Shown: positions 21,610 to 31,440, counted from the stretch's first letter. The stretch: 64,000 nucleotides of DNA from an uncultured Candidatus Rokubacteria bacterium (GCA_963745015.1 CAVUVU010000018.1:13524-77523), one strand, 5' to 3'. Notes: generated by a model from the sequence alone, not told the origin. Made by a program: numbers and translations.

Positions 21610-22031
21610 ATGCGAGTCAGCGAGCTCATGAGCCGGGACGTCGTGACGATCGGTGACACCGACACGTGCCACGAGGCGGTTGAGCAGATGTGCCGCCGGA
21701 AGGTCCGCACCTGCCGGTGCTGGATCGCGCGGGCACGCTCGTCGGTATCGTCACCGATCGCGATGTCCGGCACCGCTTGTTCGCTCCCGACGTCTACCGG
21801 CAGATCGGAACGGTTCCGCAGAAGGCCGGCGGGGGCCGCCGCCACGATCGCGCGCGAGATCGCCGTGCGCGAGCGGCTCGGGCGCGGGGCGCGCCGACTC
21901 CGGTGCCGGCTGACCCCCTACGGGCAGCGGCGAAAGCAGTGCCTCGCCCGGTCCCACTTGTCGCTGAAGCGTGCGCCGGATGGCGTGTTCCGGGTTCGAG
22001 TGCCACGGCTCTGACGGAGTTGCGCGCATGA
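21610..22031 (+). CDS. CBS-pair domain protein with at least two frame breaks
   Basis: MRVSELMSRDVVTIGDTDTCHEAVEQMCRRKVR is in one frame. HLPVLDRAGTLVGIVTDRDVRHRLFAPDVYRQIG is in a second frame, with the first switch near 21700. The second half is only patchily CBS-like across frames. The ATGA overlap with the globin gene is at 22028-22031. Confidence 0.5.
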
Positions 22032-22567
22032 ACACGCCACCGGCGAGCGGGACCGAGCCGAACAAGCGCGATGTCGAACTGTTCAACGACAGTCTGGAGC
22101 GATGCACCAGCGGCCACCGCTTTCTCGATCGCTTCTACGAGCTATTCGTCACCTCCTCGGCGGAGGTGGCCGCCAAGTTTGCGCACACGGACTTCCGTAT
22201 CCAGAAGGCCGCCGTGAAAGCCTCCCTCTACATGATCATGTCGAGCGTCGAACAGAAACCGGAGGGGAACGCTCATCTGGAACGCATCGCCGCCCGGCAC
22301 AGCCGGAACGCGCTGGATATCGGGCCCCACCTCTACGATCAGTGGCTCGAATGTCTCGTCCAGGCCGTTCGAGAGTGCGACCCCCTGTTCGGCAAGGAGG
22401 TCGAACAGGCCTGGCGCAGGGTCATGCGAGTGGGCATCGAGTTCCTGAAATCAAAGTACTCGAGCGACGGTCGCCCGCATCCAACGGGTCGGTCGGAAGG
22501 AGCGGGATCCTCGGATCCGGCGGCCGGCGGTGGCGCCGGCTCGCCCCCGGCCTACCGGGGCGGCTGA
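22028..22567 (+). CDS. single-domain globin-family protein (sensor-globin/protoglobin-like)
   Basis: FLDRFYELFVTSSAEVAAKFAHTDFRIQKAAVKASL...LERIAARHSRNALDIGPHLYDQWLECLVQAV shows a globin-fold helix pattern with a candidate proximal His. The C-terminal tail is low-complexity. Confidence 0.55.
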   Translation: MNTPPASGTEPNKRDVELFNDSLERCTSGHRFLDRFYELFVTSSAEVAAKFAHTDFRIQKAAVKASLYMIMSSVEQKPEGNAHLERIAARHSRNALDIGPHLYDQWLECLVQAVRECDPLFGKEVEQAWRRVMRVGIEFLKSKYSSDGRPHPTGRSEGAGSSDPAAGGGAGSPPAYRGG

Positions 22568-22998
22568 GGTGGCGAGACGCCTCCGGGCATGCGGACGCGC
22601 GTCCACATGTTGACGACGAAGGCCAGGGCGGCCGCCAGCTGCCCCAGTCCGCCGAGGGCGGCGAGCCAGGAGCCGCGGGTGCCCGCGGCGGCCGCGACCA
22701 GCTCACCAAGCACGCGCACGACCGTCGACGCGGTGAGCAGCCAGTAGACGAGCCAGGCGAGCGCGGGCCGATAGCGTGCATCATCCCGCGCTGGCCTGGG
22801 GAACATCCAGGTCGCCACCCCGAAGACCAGCGTGAGCATGAACCCGACCAGCACCAGGTGCACATGCGCGGTGATGAGTGGCCAGGGCACCGCGCGGCCG
22901 GCCAGGTTCACCACGACGGTGATGTACCCGCCGAGGACCAGCCCGAGGAGCAGGAACACGAAGCTCGTCTTGATGTACAGGCGGACCAGCGGCGTCAT
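22552..22998 (-). CDS. small 4-TM membrane protein with an H-x-H-L motif; last gene of the NO-type operon
   Basis: 148 aa. LITAHVHLVLVGFMLTLVFGVATWMFPRP resembles motifs in the NnrS-like and 12-TM proteins upstream. Confidence 0.6.
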   Translation of the reverse strand: MTPLVRLYIKTSFVFLLLGLVLGGYITVVVNLAGRAVPWPLITAHVHLVLVGFMLTLVFGVATWMFPRPARDDARYRPALAWLVYWLLTASTVVRVLGELVAAAAGTRGSWLAALGGLGQLAAALAFVVNMWTRVRMPGGVSPPQPPR

Positions 22999-23126
22999 GG
23001 CGACCTCGCGGTCAGGGCTCCCGATGGTGGCGGGGAATCGGACTCGAGCCGAGACATCAGCTCATGACGGCTCCGACCGCGGCCAGCATAGCACGCCGCC
23101 GGCGGGGGCGACGGCCGCCGGCGGGC

Positions 23127-24539
23127 TCAGGAGACGGCGATGCGCGCCGGCGTCCAGGGCGGGTCGAACGTGAGGGACACGTCGACGTGCTCGACGCCGG
23201 GAATCCCGAGCACCGCGCGCCGCACCCAGTCGAGCATCACCTCGTGAAGCGGGCAGCCCGCCGCCGTGAGCGTCATGGTGATGCGGACGGTGCCTCCCGC
23301 GATCCCGACGTCGTAGATCAGGCCCAGGTCGACGACCGAAAGCGAGAGCTCCGGGTCGAGGACTGATCGCAGGGCGTCGGTGACCTGCTCCGGGGTCACC
23401 GGGACATCGGAGCCGCCCGCCATCGCGACCAGCCCCGTGGGCGCCGTAGGTCCCGGGCCCGGTTGATAGACGCATCCCGGGTCCTCGGCCAGTGGGTCTC
23501 CCGTCGCTGCGTAGGCCCGAGCTCGGCTGCCGCCGCAGTGGGTGCGGTACTCGCAGCGGCCGCAGCGGCCGCCGAGCCGCGCCGGGTCGCGGAGCGCGCG
23601 GAAGAGCGGATCCTCCCGGTAGACGGTGACGAGGTCCTGGTCCCGCACGTTCCCCACCATGAGCGGCAGGAACCCGCTCGGGCAGATCCGGCCGAGGTGG
23701 TCGATGAAGACGAAGCCGTTGCCGTCGGTCACGGCGCGCCGGGGACGCCCGATGGCATCGGGCCGTGGGCGGGCCGCCGTGACGGCACCATCCGCCGCCG
23801 GCGACGCCAGCCGCGCGGCGCGGCGGCGCGTCGCGACGACGCGGAGGTAGTGCGGGGCCTCCGTGGTCTTCACCCCGAACGGGGCGTGCTCGGCGAGTGC
23901 CGCCGCCCAGTGGAGCACGCCCTCGATCTCCTCCGCCCGGAGCGTCTGACTCATCTGTCCGCGCCCCACCGGGATCAGGAAGAAGAGCGCCCAGAGCGTC
24001 GGCTGGATGGCCTCGAGCTCGGGGACGAGGCCGGGGAGCTCGTCCACCGTCTGCCGGCACACCGTGGTGTTGACCTGAAGCGGGATGCCCAGCTTCTTCG
24101 CGCGATCGAGGATGCGCATCGTGAAGCGATGCGAGCCCCGCACGCCCCGGAAGGCGTCGTGGGTCTCGGGCGTGGCCCCGTCGAGACTCACCGCCAGTCG
24201 CGCGAGTCCGGCGTCCCGCAGGGCCCGCAACCGCTCCTCGGTCACCGCCCCGGTCCCGCTCGGCGTCACGGAGACCGACACACCCCGCCGCGATCCGTAG
24301 GCCACGAGGTGCGCGAGGTCGGGGCGCCGGAAGGGATCGCCACCCGTGAGGACCAGGATGGGCGGGGGGCTACCGAATCCGGCCACGCGGTCGATCAGGC
24401 GACGTCCCTCCTCGGTCGTCAGCTCGCCAGAATCGCGATGGGGCGCCGCCTCGGCGCGGCAGTGGACGCAGGCGAGCGCACAGGCCCGGGTCGTCTCCCA
24501 GATGACGATGAAGGGAGCCTGCTCGAACGGACTGGTCAT
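23127..24539 (-). CDS. radical SAM/SPASM-domain enzyme fused to a C-terminal DUF59 (MIP18/SufT-like) domain
   Basis: FIVIWETTRACALACVHCRA (CxxxCxxC), SPASM-type GRCGRCEYRTHCGGSRARAY, and a C-terminal LDPELSLSVVDLGLIYDV...TLTAAGCPLHEVM...FDPPWTP (DUF59). Start at ATG 24539, overlapping the upstream stop (ATGA). Confidence 0.8.
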   Translation of the reverse strand: MTSPFEQAPFIVIWETTRACALACVHCRAEAAPHRDSGELTTEEGRRLIDRVAGFGSPPPILVLTGGDPFRRPDLAHLVAYGSRRGVSVSVTPSGTGAVTEERLRALRDAGLARLAVSLDGATPETHDAFRGVRGSHRFTMRILDRAKKLGIPLQVNTTVCRQTVDELPGLVPELEAIQPTLWALFFLIPVGRGQMSQTLRAEEIEGVLHWAAALAEHAPFGVKTTEAPHYLRVVATRRRAARLASPAADGAVTAARPRPDAIGRPRRAVTDGNGFVFIDHLGRICPSGFLPLMVGNVRDQDLVTVYREDPLFRALRDPARLGGRCGRCEYRTHCGGSRARAYAATGDPLAEDPGCVYQPGPGPTAPTGLVAMAGGSDVPVTPEQVTDALRSVLDPELSLSVVDLGLIYDVGIAGGTVRITMTLTAAGCPLHEVMLDWVRRAVLGIPGVEHVDVSLTFDPPWTPARIAVS

Positions 24540-25840
24540 GGCCGCGCCGGGAGCGCAGGGGCGTCCCGGCCCGCGACGCAGGGGCGCAGGTGCCACAGCG
24601 TGCGCCCAAGGGCCGCGGCGAACGCCAGCGCGCCAATGCCCACGATCGTCCCGGCCACCGCGATGGCCGCAGGCGCGCCAGCAGCCACGGTGGCGGCGAG
24701 GCCAAGGGTCCCGGCGGTGAGCAGCCCGTAGGCGAGCCGCTCGCCGGCCGGCCACGAGAGCTGGGCGACCGTGGGGACCGGCTCACGCCCGGCCCGCGGC
24801 GCGTAGACGCGGTACCAGACCAGGAACGGCACGATCTTGAGCATCATGCCGACGATGGTCAGCGAGGCCCAGCCGCCGAGCGCCAGGACGGCATACGCCA
24901 GCGCCATGCGCGGCCCGGACCCGACGCCGAGCGCGAACACCAGTCCCAGGATTCCCAGCGGCGCGAGGCACGCCGTGCCGGTGAGGACGAATCGTAGTCC
25001 CCAGTCGAGGGTCGGCCGCTTCCGCCGCCGGGCAAAGCCCACGACCCACCACACGTGAACCCCGAGCACCACCGCGACCAGGACGGCGCCCGGCACCACG
25101 AGCGCGGGCCGACCCAGCGCGAGCCCCAGGGCAACGGCGGGCACGCCGAGGCCCAGGCCCCCGAGCTGGACGGAGGCGCCCCAGCCGCCTGGCTCCGGCG
25201 CGAGGAGAAACATCGGATACACGCGCGCCGCGACGGCCACGATCATGGGGGCGATCCAGCCCAGGAGCGCCAGGTGGAAGTGGGCGTGCACGGCCCCGAG
25301 CGGCCCGCCCGGGAACACGTGCGCTCCGTGGGTCATCGCCAGCGTGAGCCCGAACGCGACCGTGAGCGTAAGCCCCCCGAGCGCGAGCGCGATCCCGCGG
25401 GCCGTGAAGGACCAGCGGGCCAGCCCGCGCAGGCTCAGGGCCACGTTGATCACGTGGGCGAGGATCCCGCCTCCCACCAGCGCGGCCGCCCACGAGAGGC
25501 CATCCCAGCTACCGATCCAGAAGTGGCTGACCATCCCGAGGATCCCGGCCGCGAGCCCCGGGAGCTGCCAGAGCGCGAGGCGCTCGCTGTAGAGCGGCCG
25601 CTCGATCACGACGGGGATCAGCTGGTAGCTCGCGCCCATGATGGCCAGCGTGATCCAGCCCAGCGTGACGACGTGCGTGAGGGCCAGGAGGCGCGGATGG
25701 TAGTAGTGCCCGGCCAGCGCCGGGGCCAGCCCGGGGAGCGCGAGGGCAGCCAGGACGAAGGCGGCCGCGGCCGTCACCAGGTAGGCGAGCGGCAGCGTCA
25801 CCGACGGGGCGCGCCCCGAACGCCCGCCCTGCGGGATCAT
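24536..25840 (-). CDS. His-rich polytopic (about 12 TM) membrane protein, distantly haem-copper-oxidase/NnrS-like
   Basis: 434 aa from ATG 25840. Motifs: GHYYHPRLLALTHVVTLGWITLAIMGASYQLIP and GAVHAHFHLALLGWIAPMIVAVAARVYPMF. ATGA overlaps occur at both ends. Confidence 0.65.
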   Translation of the reverse strand: MIPQGGRSGRAPSVTLPLAYLVTAAAAFVLAALALPGLAPALAGHYYHPRLLALTHVVTLGWITLAIMGASYQLIPVVIERPLYSERLALWQLPGLAAGILGMVSHFWIGSWDGLSWAAALVGGGILAHVINVALSLRGLARWSFTARGIALALGGLTLTVAFGLTLAMTHGAHVFPGGPLGAVHAHFHLALLGWIAPMIVAVAARVYPMFLLAPEPGGWGASVQLGGLGLGVPAVALGLALGRPALVVPGAVLVAVVLGVHVWWVVGFARRRKRPTLDWGLRFVLTGTACLAPLGILGLVFALGVGSGPRMALAYAVLALGGWASLTIVGMMLKIVPFLVWYRVYAPRAGREPVPTVAQLSWPAGERLAYGLLTAGTLGLAATVAAGAPAAIAVAGTIVGIGALAFAAALGRTLWHLRPCVAGRDAPALPARP

Positions 25841-26403
25841 GCCGCGGGGCCGCCCCGCCAGATCGCGATCCGGACGAGCCCCGGCTCGGGCTCGTCGGTT
25901 GCGTGCCGGCAGCCGCGCTCCTCGAGCTGCGGGTACAGGAAGAGGGGCCGCCGGTGATGGAGGACCTCGAGGCGCTGGCCAGGCGCCAGGGCCTCGACCG
26001 CCTCGAGGACGCGCACCATCGGCAGCGGCGGCTCGAGTCCCCGCACGTCCAGCCGGACCGGGACCTCGGGCGCCCGCGGGGCGGCCTCGGCCACGCCCCC
26101 CGCCGTCACGTGAGACGGGGACACCCCCGGCGGGTCGGTCGTCGCGTCGTCGCGAAAGAACCACACCCGCCAGTCCGTGGCCTCATCCGATTCCGTCCAG
26201 TGCGCGAAGCCGCGGCGAGCGAGGACGCGGTAGAGCGGGACCGGCTCGAATGGCGCCCGCAGGACCAGCACGCCGTCGGGCTGCAACGCATCGACCGCCG
26301 CCATGATTCGGGCGAACGGCTCGCGACCCTCGCGAAGGTCCTCGCGGACGTCGAGGTAGACGCGTGCCGCCTCGGGGAAACGGACGAGGGCCGCGGGCCT
26401 CAT
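25837..26403 (-). CDS. tandem DUF2249 (TusA-like fold) domain protein
   Basis: LDVREDLREGREPFARIMAAVDALQPDGVLVLRAPFEPVPLYRVLARRG and LDVRGLEPPLPMVRVLEAVEALAPGQRLEVLHHRRPLFLYPQLEERG. Start at ATG 26403. Confidence 0.7.
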   Translation of the reverse strand: MRPAALVRFPEAARVYLDVREDLREGREPFARIMAAVDALQPDGVLVLRAPFEPVPLYRVLARRGFAHWTESDEATDWRVWFFRDDATTDPPGVSPSHVTAGGVAEAAPRAPEVPVRLDVRGLEPPLPMVRVLEAVEALAPGQRLEVLHHRRPLFLYPQLEERGCRHATDEPEPGLVRIAIWRGGPAA

Positions 26404-26675
26404 GTCGCGGAGGGCACCACGAGGGGCTCCAGCGCGCACAGCAGCGTCTTGACTGGAATGCCGGCCGAGGCCGCGGCCTGCGCGAGCGTCAGGTGCCCGC
26501 CGCAACAGGCGTCGATCCCGAAGCGCTGCAGGATCATGAGCCCGTACGCCGACCGGAGCACGGCTTCCGCCACCGTGTCCTCGGGCACCAGGGCGGGCGA
26601 GCGCGCCGTGGTCCCCGCGGCCGGGGGGTTCGACGACGTTCCGTGACGCCATCCACATCCGCAGGACTGACTCAT
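26400..26675 (-). CDS. ScdA_N/DUF542-type domain protein (the N-terminal domain of RIC/YtfE proteins, standing alone)
   Basis: AEAVLRSAYGLMILQRFGIDACCGGHLTLAQAAASAGIPVKTLLCALE matches the GIDFCCGG...L.EA motif as I recall it. Confidence 0.65.
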   Translation of the reverse strand: MSQSCGCGWRHGTSSNPPAAGTTARSPALVPEDTVAEAVLRSAYGLMILQRFGIDACCGGHLTLAQAAASAGIPVKTLLCALEPLVVPSAT

Positions 26676-26722
26676 GGACTGGTCCTCCTCGATTCCAGCC
26701 TAGGGCAGGCGTGCACCCGCAC

Positions 26723-26740
26723 GTATGATCCGCGTCATAC
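26723..26740. promoter_or_regulatory. FNR/Dnr-type box GTATGA-N6-TCATAC
   Basis: GTATGATCCGCGTCATAC overlaps the NnrS-like stop codon. It is centred about 56 nt upstream of the ScdA_N ATG (26675). Confidence 0.5.
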
Positions 26741-28030
26741 AGCCGCCCGGTGGCACATGACGCCAAGGACATTCGCCGCGAGGCACGCCAGTGCGACCCA
26801 CACCAGCAGCCCTGACAGCGGCACAAGCGGCAGGACGGCCTCCGGACCGTAGTCGGCCAGAACCTCCGCCGTCCGAATGAGAACGCCCCCCAGGAGCATC
26901 CAGAACGCCACCCCGCGGAGCCGCGGCCAGGGCAACGGAGAGCCCTCGATGGCCGGAACCAGCCGGAATCCCATGCTCACCACCATCGTGGTGAGCACCC
27001 CCACCGTGACCAGATGTCGCAGCGCGTCAGCAATAAGGCTCAAGGGAGTCCCGGTCCACGCCACGGCAGCCGCGCCGATCGACCCCGCCGCGGCGACGCT
27101 CGCCGCCAGCATCGCCATCCGAAAGAGCCAGGTCTCCGGCCCGCCGCGGGCGGCCATCGGCAGGGCGCCCGGGGCGCCTCGGAAGGCGCCGCCGCGCAAC
27201 GCGACCACCCCCACCGTCGCGAGAACGACCGCCTCCCCGGCCCGCTCGAGCGCCACCCGCGTCCCGCCGGACCACGGCCCGGCGAAGCCCACTCCCGCGA
27301 GGACGACACCCAGGCCAAGTGCCCCCGGAGCCATCCGGGCCAGGGCATCGGGCACTCGCCATCGGGGAACGTGCATCGGCCCGGCCCGGACGACGACGCC
27401 CACGATCCATCCGAGCACGCCCCCGTAGATCGCCATCACGTGCGCCGCCCCCATCCCGCCGGGGTCGGGGCCGCCGCCGAAATCGCCGCTCGCGAGCGCC
27501 CGCGCGCGGAGGCCCGCCTCGACGACGAGGGCGAGGACGAGCCAGGCCGTGGCCGCGGTCAGGTACGTCCGCGTGAGCCGGAGGTGCGGCGCACCGAGGG
27601 CTCGCATCACCCAGACAGCGAAGAGCCCGAAGGCGAGCGCCTGGAGAAGCGCGGCCGCCACGGCGAGCACGGCGACGCCGGCGATGGCGCCGGTGATGCG
27701 CAGCCCGAGCGCGGTGCCGAGCGCGCCCGCGAGCCACGGAGTCAAGGGCGTCGCGGCCACCGGCCGTCCGGCGAACCGCGGGACGAGGTGATGGGCCACG
27801 CCGACGATCAGCGTCCCGAAGAAGCCGAAGGCCTGGAGATGGGCGTGGAGCCAGACGGACTCGGCCGACACCGGGCCGCCGCCCCAGTGGAGCCGCACGA
27901 GCATCCAGGTCCCGAGCGGCGTCCCGACCACGAGCGTGGCCGCCAGGGCGATCAGCCCGAACGGCCGATAGACGGGCGGCTCTCGCACAGACAGGGCCGG
28001 GCCGGACAGCATCGATGCCAGGACGGGCAA
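26735..28030 (-). CDS. NnrS-family-like haem/copper membrane protein
   Basis: 431 aa, about 12 TM. VWLHAHLQAFGFFGTLIVGVAHHLVPRFAGRP parallels the NnrS WH.HEM.FG...GFLLTA.P.WTGRP motif. A later RHLVTVGVLTTMVVSMGFR segment is also present. Confidence 0.7.
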   Translation of the reverse strand: MPVLASMLSGPALSVREPPVYRPFGLIALAATLVVGTPLGTWMLVRLHWGGGPVSAESVWLHAHLQAFGFFGTLIVGVAHHLVPRFAGRPVAATPLTPWLAGALGTALGLRITGAIAGVAVLAVAAALLQALAFGLFAVWVMRALGAPHLRLTRTYLTAATAWLVLALVVEAGLRARALASGDFGGGPDPGGMGAAHVMAIYGGVLGWIVGVVVRAGPMHVPRWRVPDALARMAPGALGLGVVLAGVGFAGPWSGGTRVALERAGEAVVLATVGVVALRGGAFRGAPGALPMAARGGPETWLFRMAMLAASVAAAGSIGAAAVAWTGTPLSLIADALRHLVTVGVLTTMVVSMGFRLVPAIEGSPLPWPRLRGVAFWMLLGGVLIRTAEVLADYGPEAVLPLVPLSGLLVWVALACLAANVLGVMCHRAAV

Positions 28031-28050
28031 CCAGGCGGGGGCGCCCTGGC

Positions 28051-28513
28051 CTACCGCGCCTCGTCGAGCCGGTACAGGGCATGGCAGGCCACACAGCTCC
28101 CCGTCACCCCGGCCAGCCCCCGGATGGCGTCGTCACGCGTGCCCCCGGCCTTGATCCGGTCTGCCAGGTCGTCGAATGCCCGGTGGGCCTGCAACCCGAG
28201 CTCGCGAAAGGCGGGCAAGAGCTGCCGCATCATCGCCGGGTCCATCTCCCGGCCATCGCGGTCCCGGCGGCCCGCGCGGCCTTCTCGACGGCAACCAGGT
28301 CGTTCGCCGCAACGCCGCGGAGAATGCCGTTGACGGACTCGAGCATGTGCCGCATCTCGGCGAGGACCTTGTCGCGAGCCTGCGGCGGCAACGTGAGTCG
28401 CTGTCGCGGGTCTCCCGGGGCCTGGCTGTTGCCGGGGCCCGCCAGCTCAGCATGATGCCGAGGACCACGAGAATCGCCGAGATTGTGCGCGGAGCGACTG
28501 CGCCACGTCGCAT
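28051..28513 (-). CDS. cytochrome c-prime-like four-helix haem protein (C-terminal CxxCH); two frame breaks
   Basis: AAGGAGG lies 5 nt before ATG 28513. Signal peptide: MRRGAVAPRTISAILVVLGIMLS. Middle part, in a second frame: LPPQARDKVLAEMRHMLESVNGILRGVAANDLVAVEKAARAAGTAMAG. End part, in a third frame: MDPAMMRQLLPAFRELGLQAHRAFDDLADRI...GSCVACHALYR. The switches are near 28445 and 28252. Confidence 0.6.
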
Positions 28514-28539
28514 CGCATCCTCCTTGGTCACGCGCTGTG

Positions 28540-29135
28540 TTACCCACCCGCCTTGACGGCCACCTGGAACGGATACATCCGCGGGATGGCGAGCGCGAGC
28601 GCCGTCGCCGCGACGATTCCCAGGATAGTCCCACCAGGAAGAGTGCCCAGGTGCTCGGCCGCATGGCGCCGAGGGCCACGATGGTGAAGAAGATCGGCAA
28701 GTCGAGGAAGTGGGTGAAGGTCGGCAGGTGCTCCCCGCGGGCGCTCTCGAGCTCCGGGGTGGTGGACCCCTGCGCCAGCGCGGCCCGGGTCAGCCGGCGA
28801 AGCCGCATGAAGTAGAGCCGCGTGATCGTGTTCCCTTCGACGAACTCGAACGTGAACAGGGCCACCATCCCGGCCAGCCACGGCATGCCGAGGAACGCCC
28901 AACCGCCGTAGACCGTGACGATCAGCCAGGTGCCGGAGCCCAGCAGGAGGAGGGCCCCGGGCACGACAAGGCCGTCGTAGAACACGGCGATCTGGCGGAT
29001 GCTCTCGGCGAAGAGCGGGAGCTCGCGGACCTGCCGGGAGCGCAGGTCGGCGTACCAGACGCCGATGAGCCCCGCGCCCATCAGTACGAGGCCGAGCAGA
29101 TGGAGGAATCTCAGGATGGGATAGGTGATCGGCAA
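28540..29135 (-). CDS. DUF2269-like integral membrane protein; one frame break
   Basis: TTG start after GGGAGG. MPITYPILRFLHLLGLVLMGAGLIGVWYADL...HFLDLPIFFTIVALGAMRPSTWALFLVG. The end, ILGIVAATALALAIPRMYPFQVAVKAGG, is in another frame. The switch is near 28637-28645. Confidence 0.55.
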
Positions 29136-29183
29136 CGTTCAGCCTCCCTGAGCCGTCGCTGAACGATTCCCACGGTGCAGCAG

Positions 29184-30679
<1,496 letters not shown>

Positions 30680-30725
30680 GCGCCTGTCTCCCTCGGTGCT
30701 CGTTGGGCGGCAGCCGCCCGTCCCG

Positions 30726-31224
30726 TCAGCGGTGCCCCGCCGGGCGCGACGGCCCGCCTCCACGCAAGGCCAGCTCCTGCTGGCTCGAGAGCTCGAGCAG
30801 GAGGACCTGACCCCGGGCTGACCTCCACCTCCGCCACGAGCCGCCGCTCGGGCGGCGACGTCGCGTCGCTCCGCGCGGGCCCGCCGGCCTCTTCCAGCGT
30901 CGCTTCGAGGCGGTGGCGTCCCGGGGGCAGGTCGAGCTCCTCGTACACGAAGGTCGGGCCATCGCCCCGAAGCCCACTTGGCCGGTACGTCTTGTCGAGG
31001 ACGGGCCGGCCGTCCAGCGTCACACGGACCGTCGTGTCACGGCGGCCCCGGCTCTCCCCCTGCTGGCCACCTTCGGGCCGCATGTGCCGCGGAAGCTTCT
31101 CCAGCTCCTCCCGCGAGATCATGGCGAAGAGCACGAGGCACCACGCCAGCGCGATGCTCAGCCACAGCTTCTCGCTCCGGTCGACCTTCTTCCACCACAC
31201 GCCCTTGAGCGCCTGGATGCTCAT
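30726..31224 (-). CDS. membrane-anchored hypothetical protein (N-terminal TM plus a beta-rich domain); probable frame break at the G-run 30811-30814
   Basis: MSIQALKGVWWKKVDRSEKLWLSIALAWCLVLFAMI...TVRVTLDGRPVLDKTYRP...RHRLEATLEE...LVAEVEVSPG, then QVLLLELSSQQELALR in the next frame. Confidence 0.45.
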
Positions 31225-31233
31225 CGCGGCCTC

Positions 31234-31440
31234 CTACTTGGGGAGATCGAAGGGAGGCGCCACCGGGATGCTCGCGATCTCGAGCAGCCCCCAGATCGTG
31301 TAGAACACGACCGGGACCACGAGCCCCAGGACGAGCAGGAGGAAGATGTTGTCGAAGAAGACCTGGGCCAGTGGCACCCTCTCGGCGGTCGCTCCCGTGT
31401 CGGGCGGGGTCCCCGATCCCTCCTGATTGCCGTCGGCCAT
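31234..31440 (-). CDS. small single-TM hypothetical protein (68 aa)
   Basis: VFFDNIFLLLVLGLVVPVVFYTIWGLL. G/C third-position bias. It lies 9 nt upstream of the next gene. Confidence 0.45.
   Translation of the reverse strand: MADGNQEGSGTPPDTGATAERVPLAQVFFDNIFLLLVLGLVVPVVFYTIWGLLEIASIPVAPPFDLPK

Noticed and set aside
24536-25840. Calling the 12-TM protein an NO reductase or cbb3-type oxidase subunit I outright
   Set aside because: The His motifs are suggestive, but their order and spacing do not match the canonical six-His pattern of haem-copper oxidase subunit I. I left it as a hypothesis in the findings, not as an annotation.
29136-29165. 8-bp inverted repeat CGTTCAGC...GCTGAACG spanning the DUF2269 ribosome-binding site
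   Set aside because: The stem is short and the loop is 14 nt. It could be a weak terminator for the esterase remnant or a translational element, but the support is insufficient.
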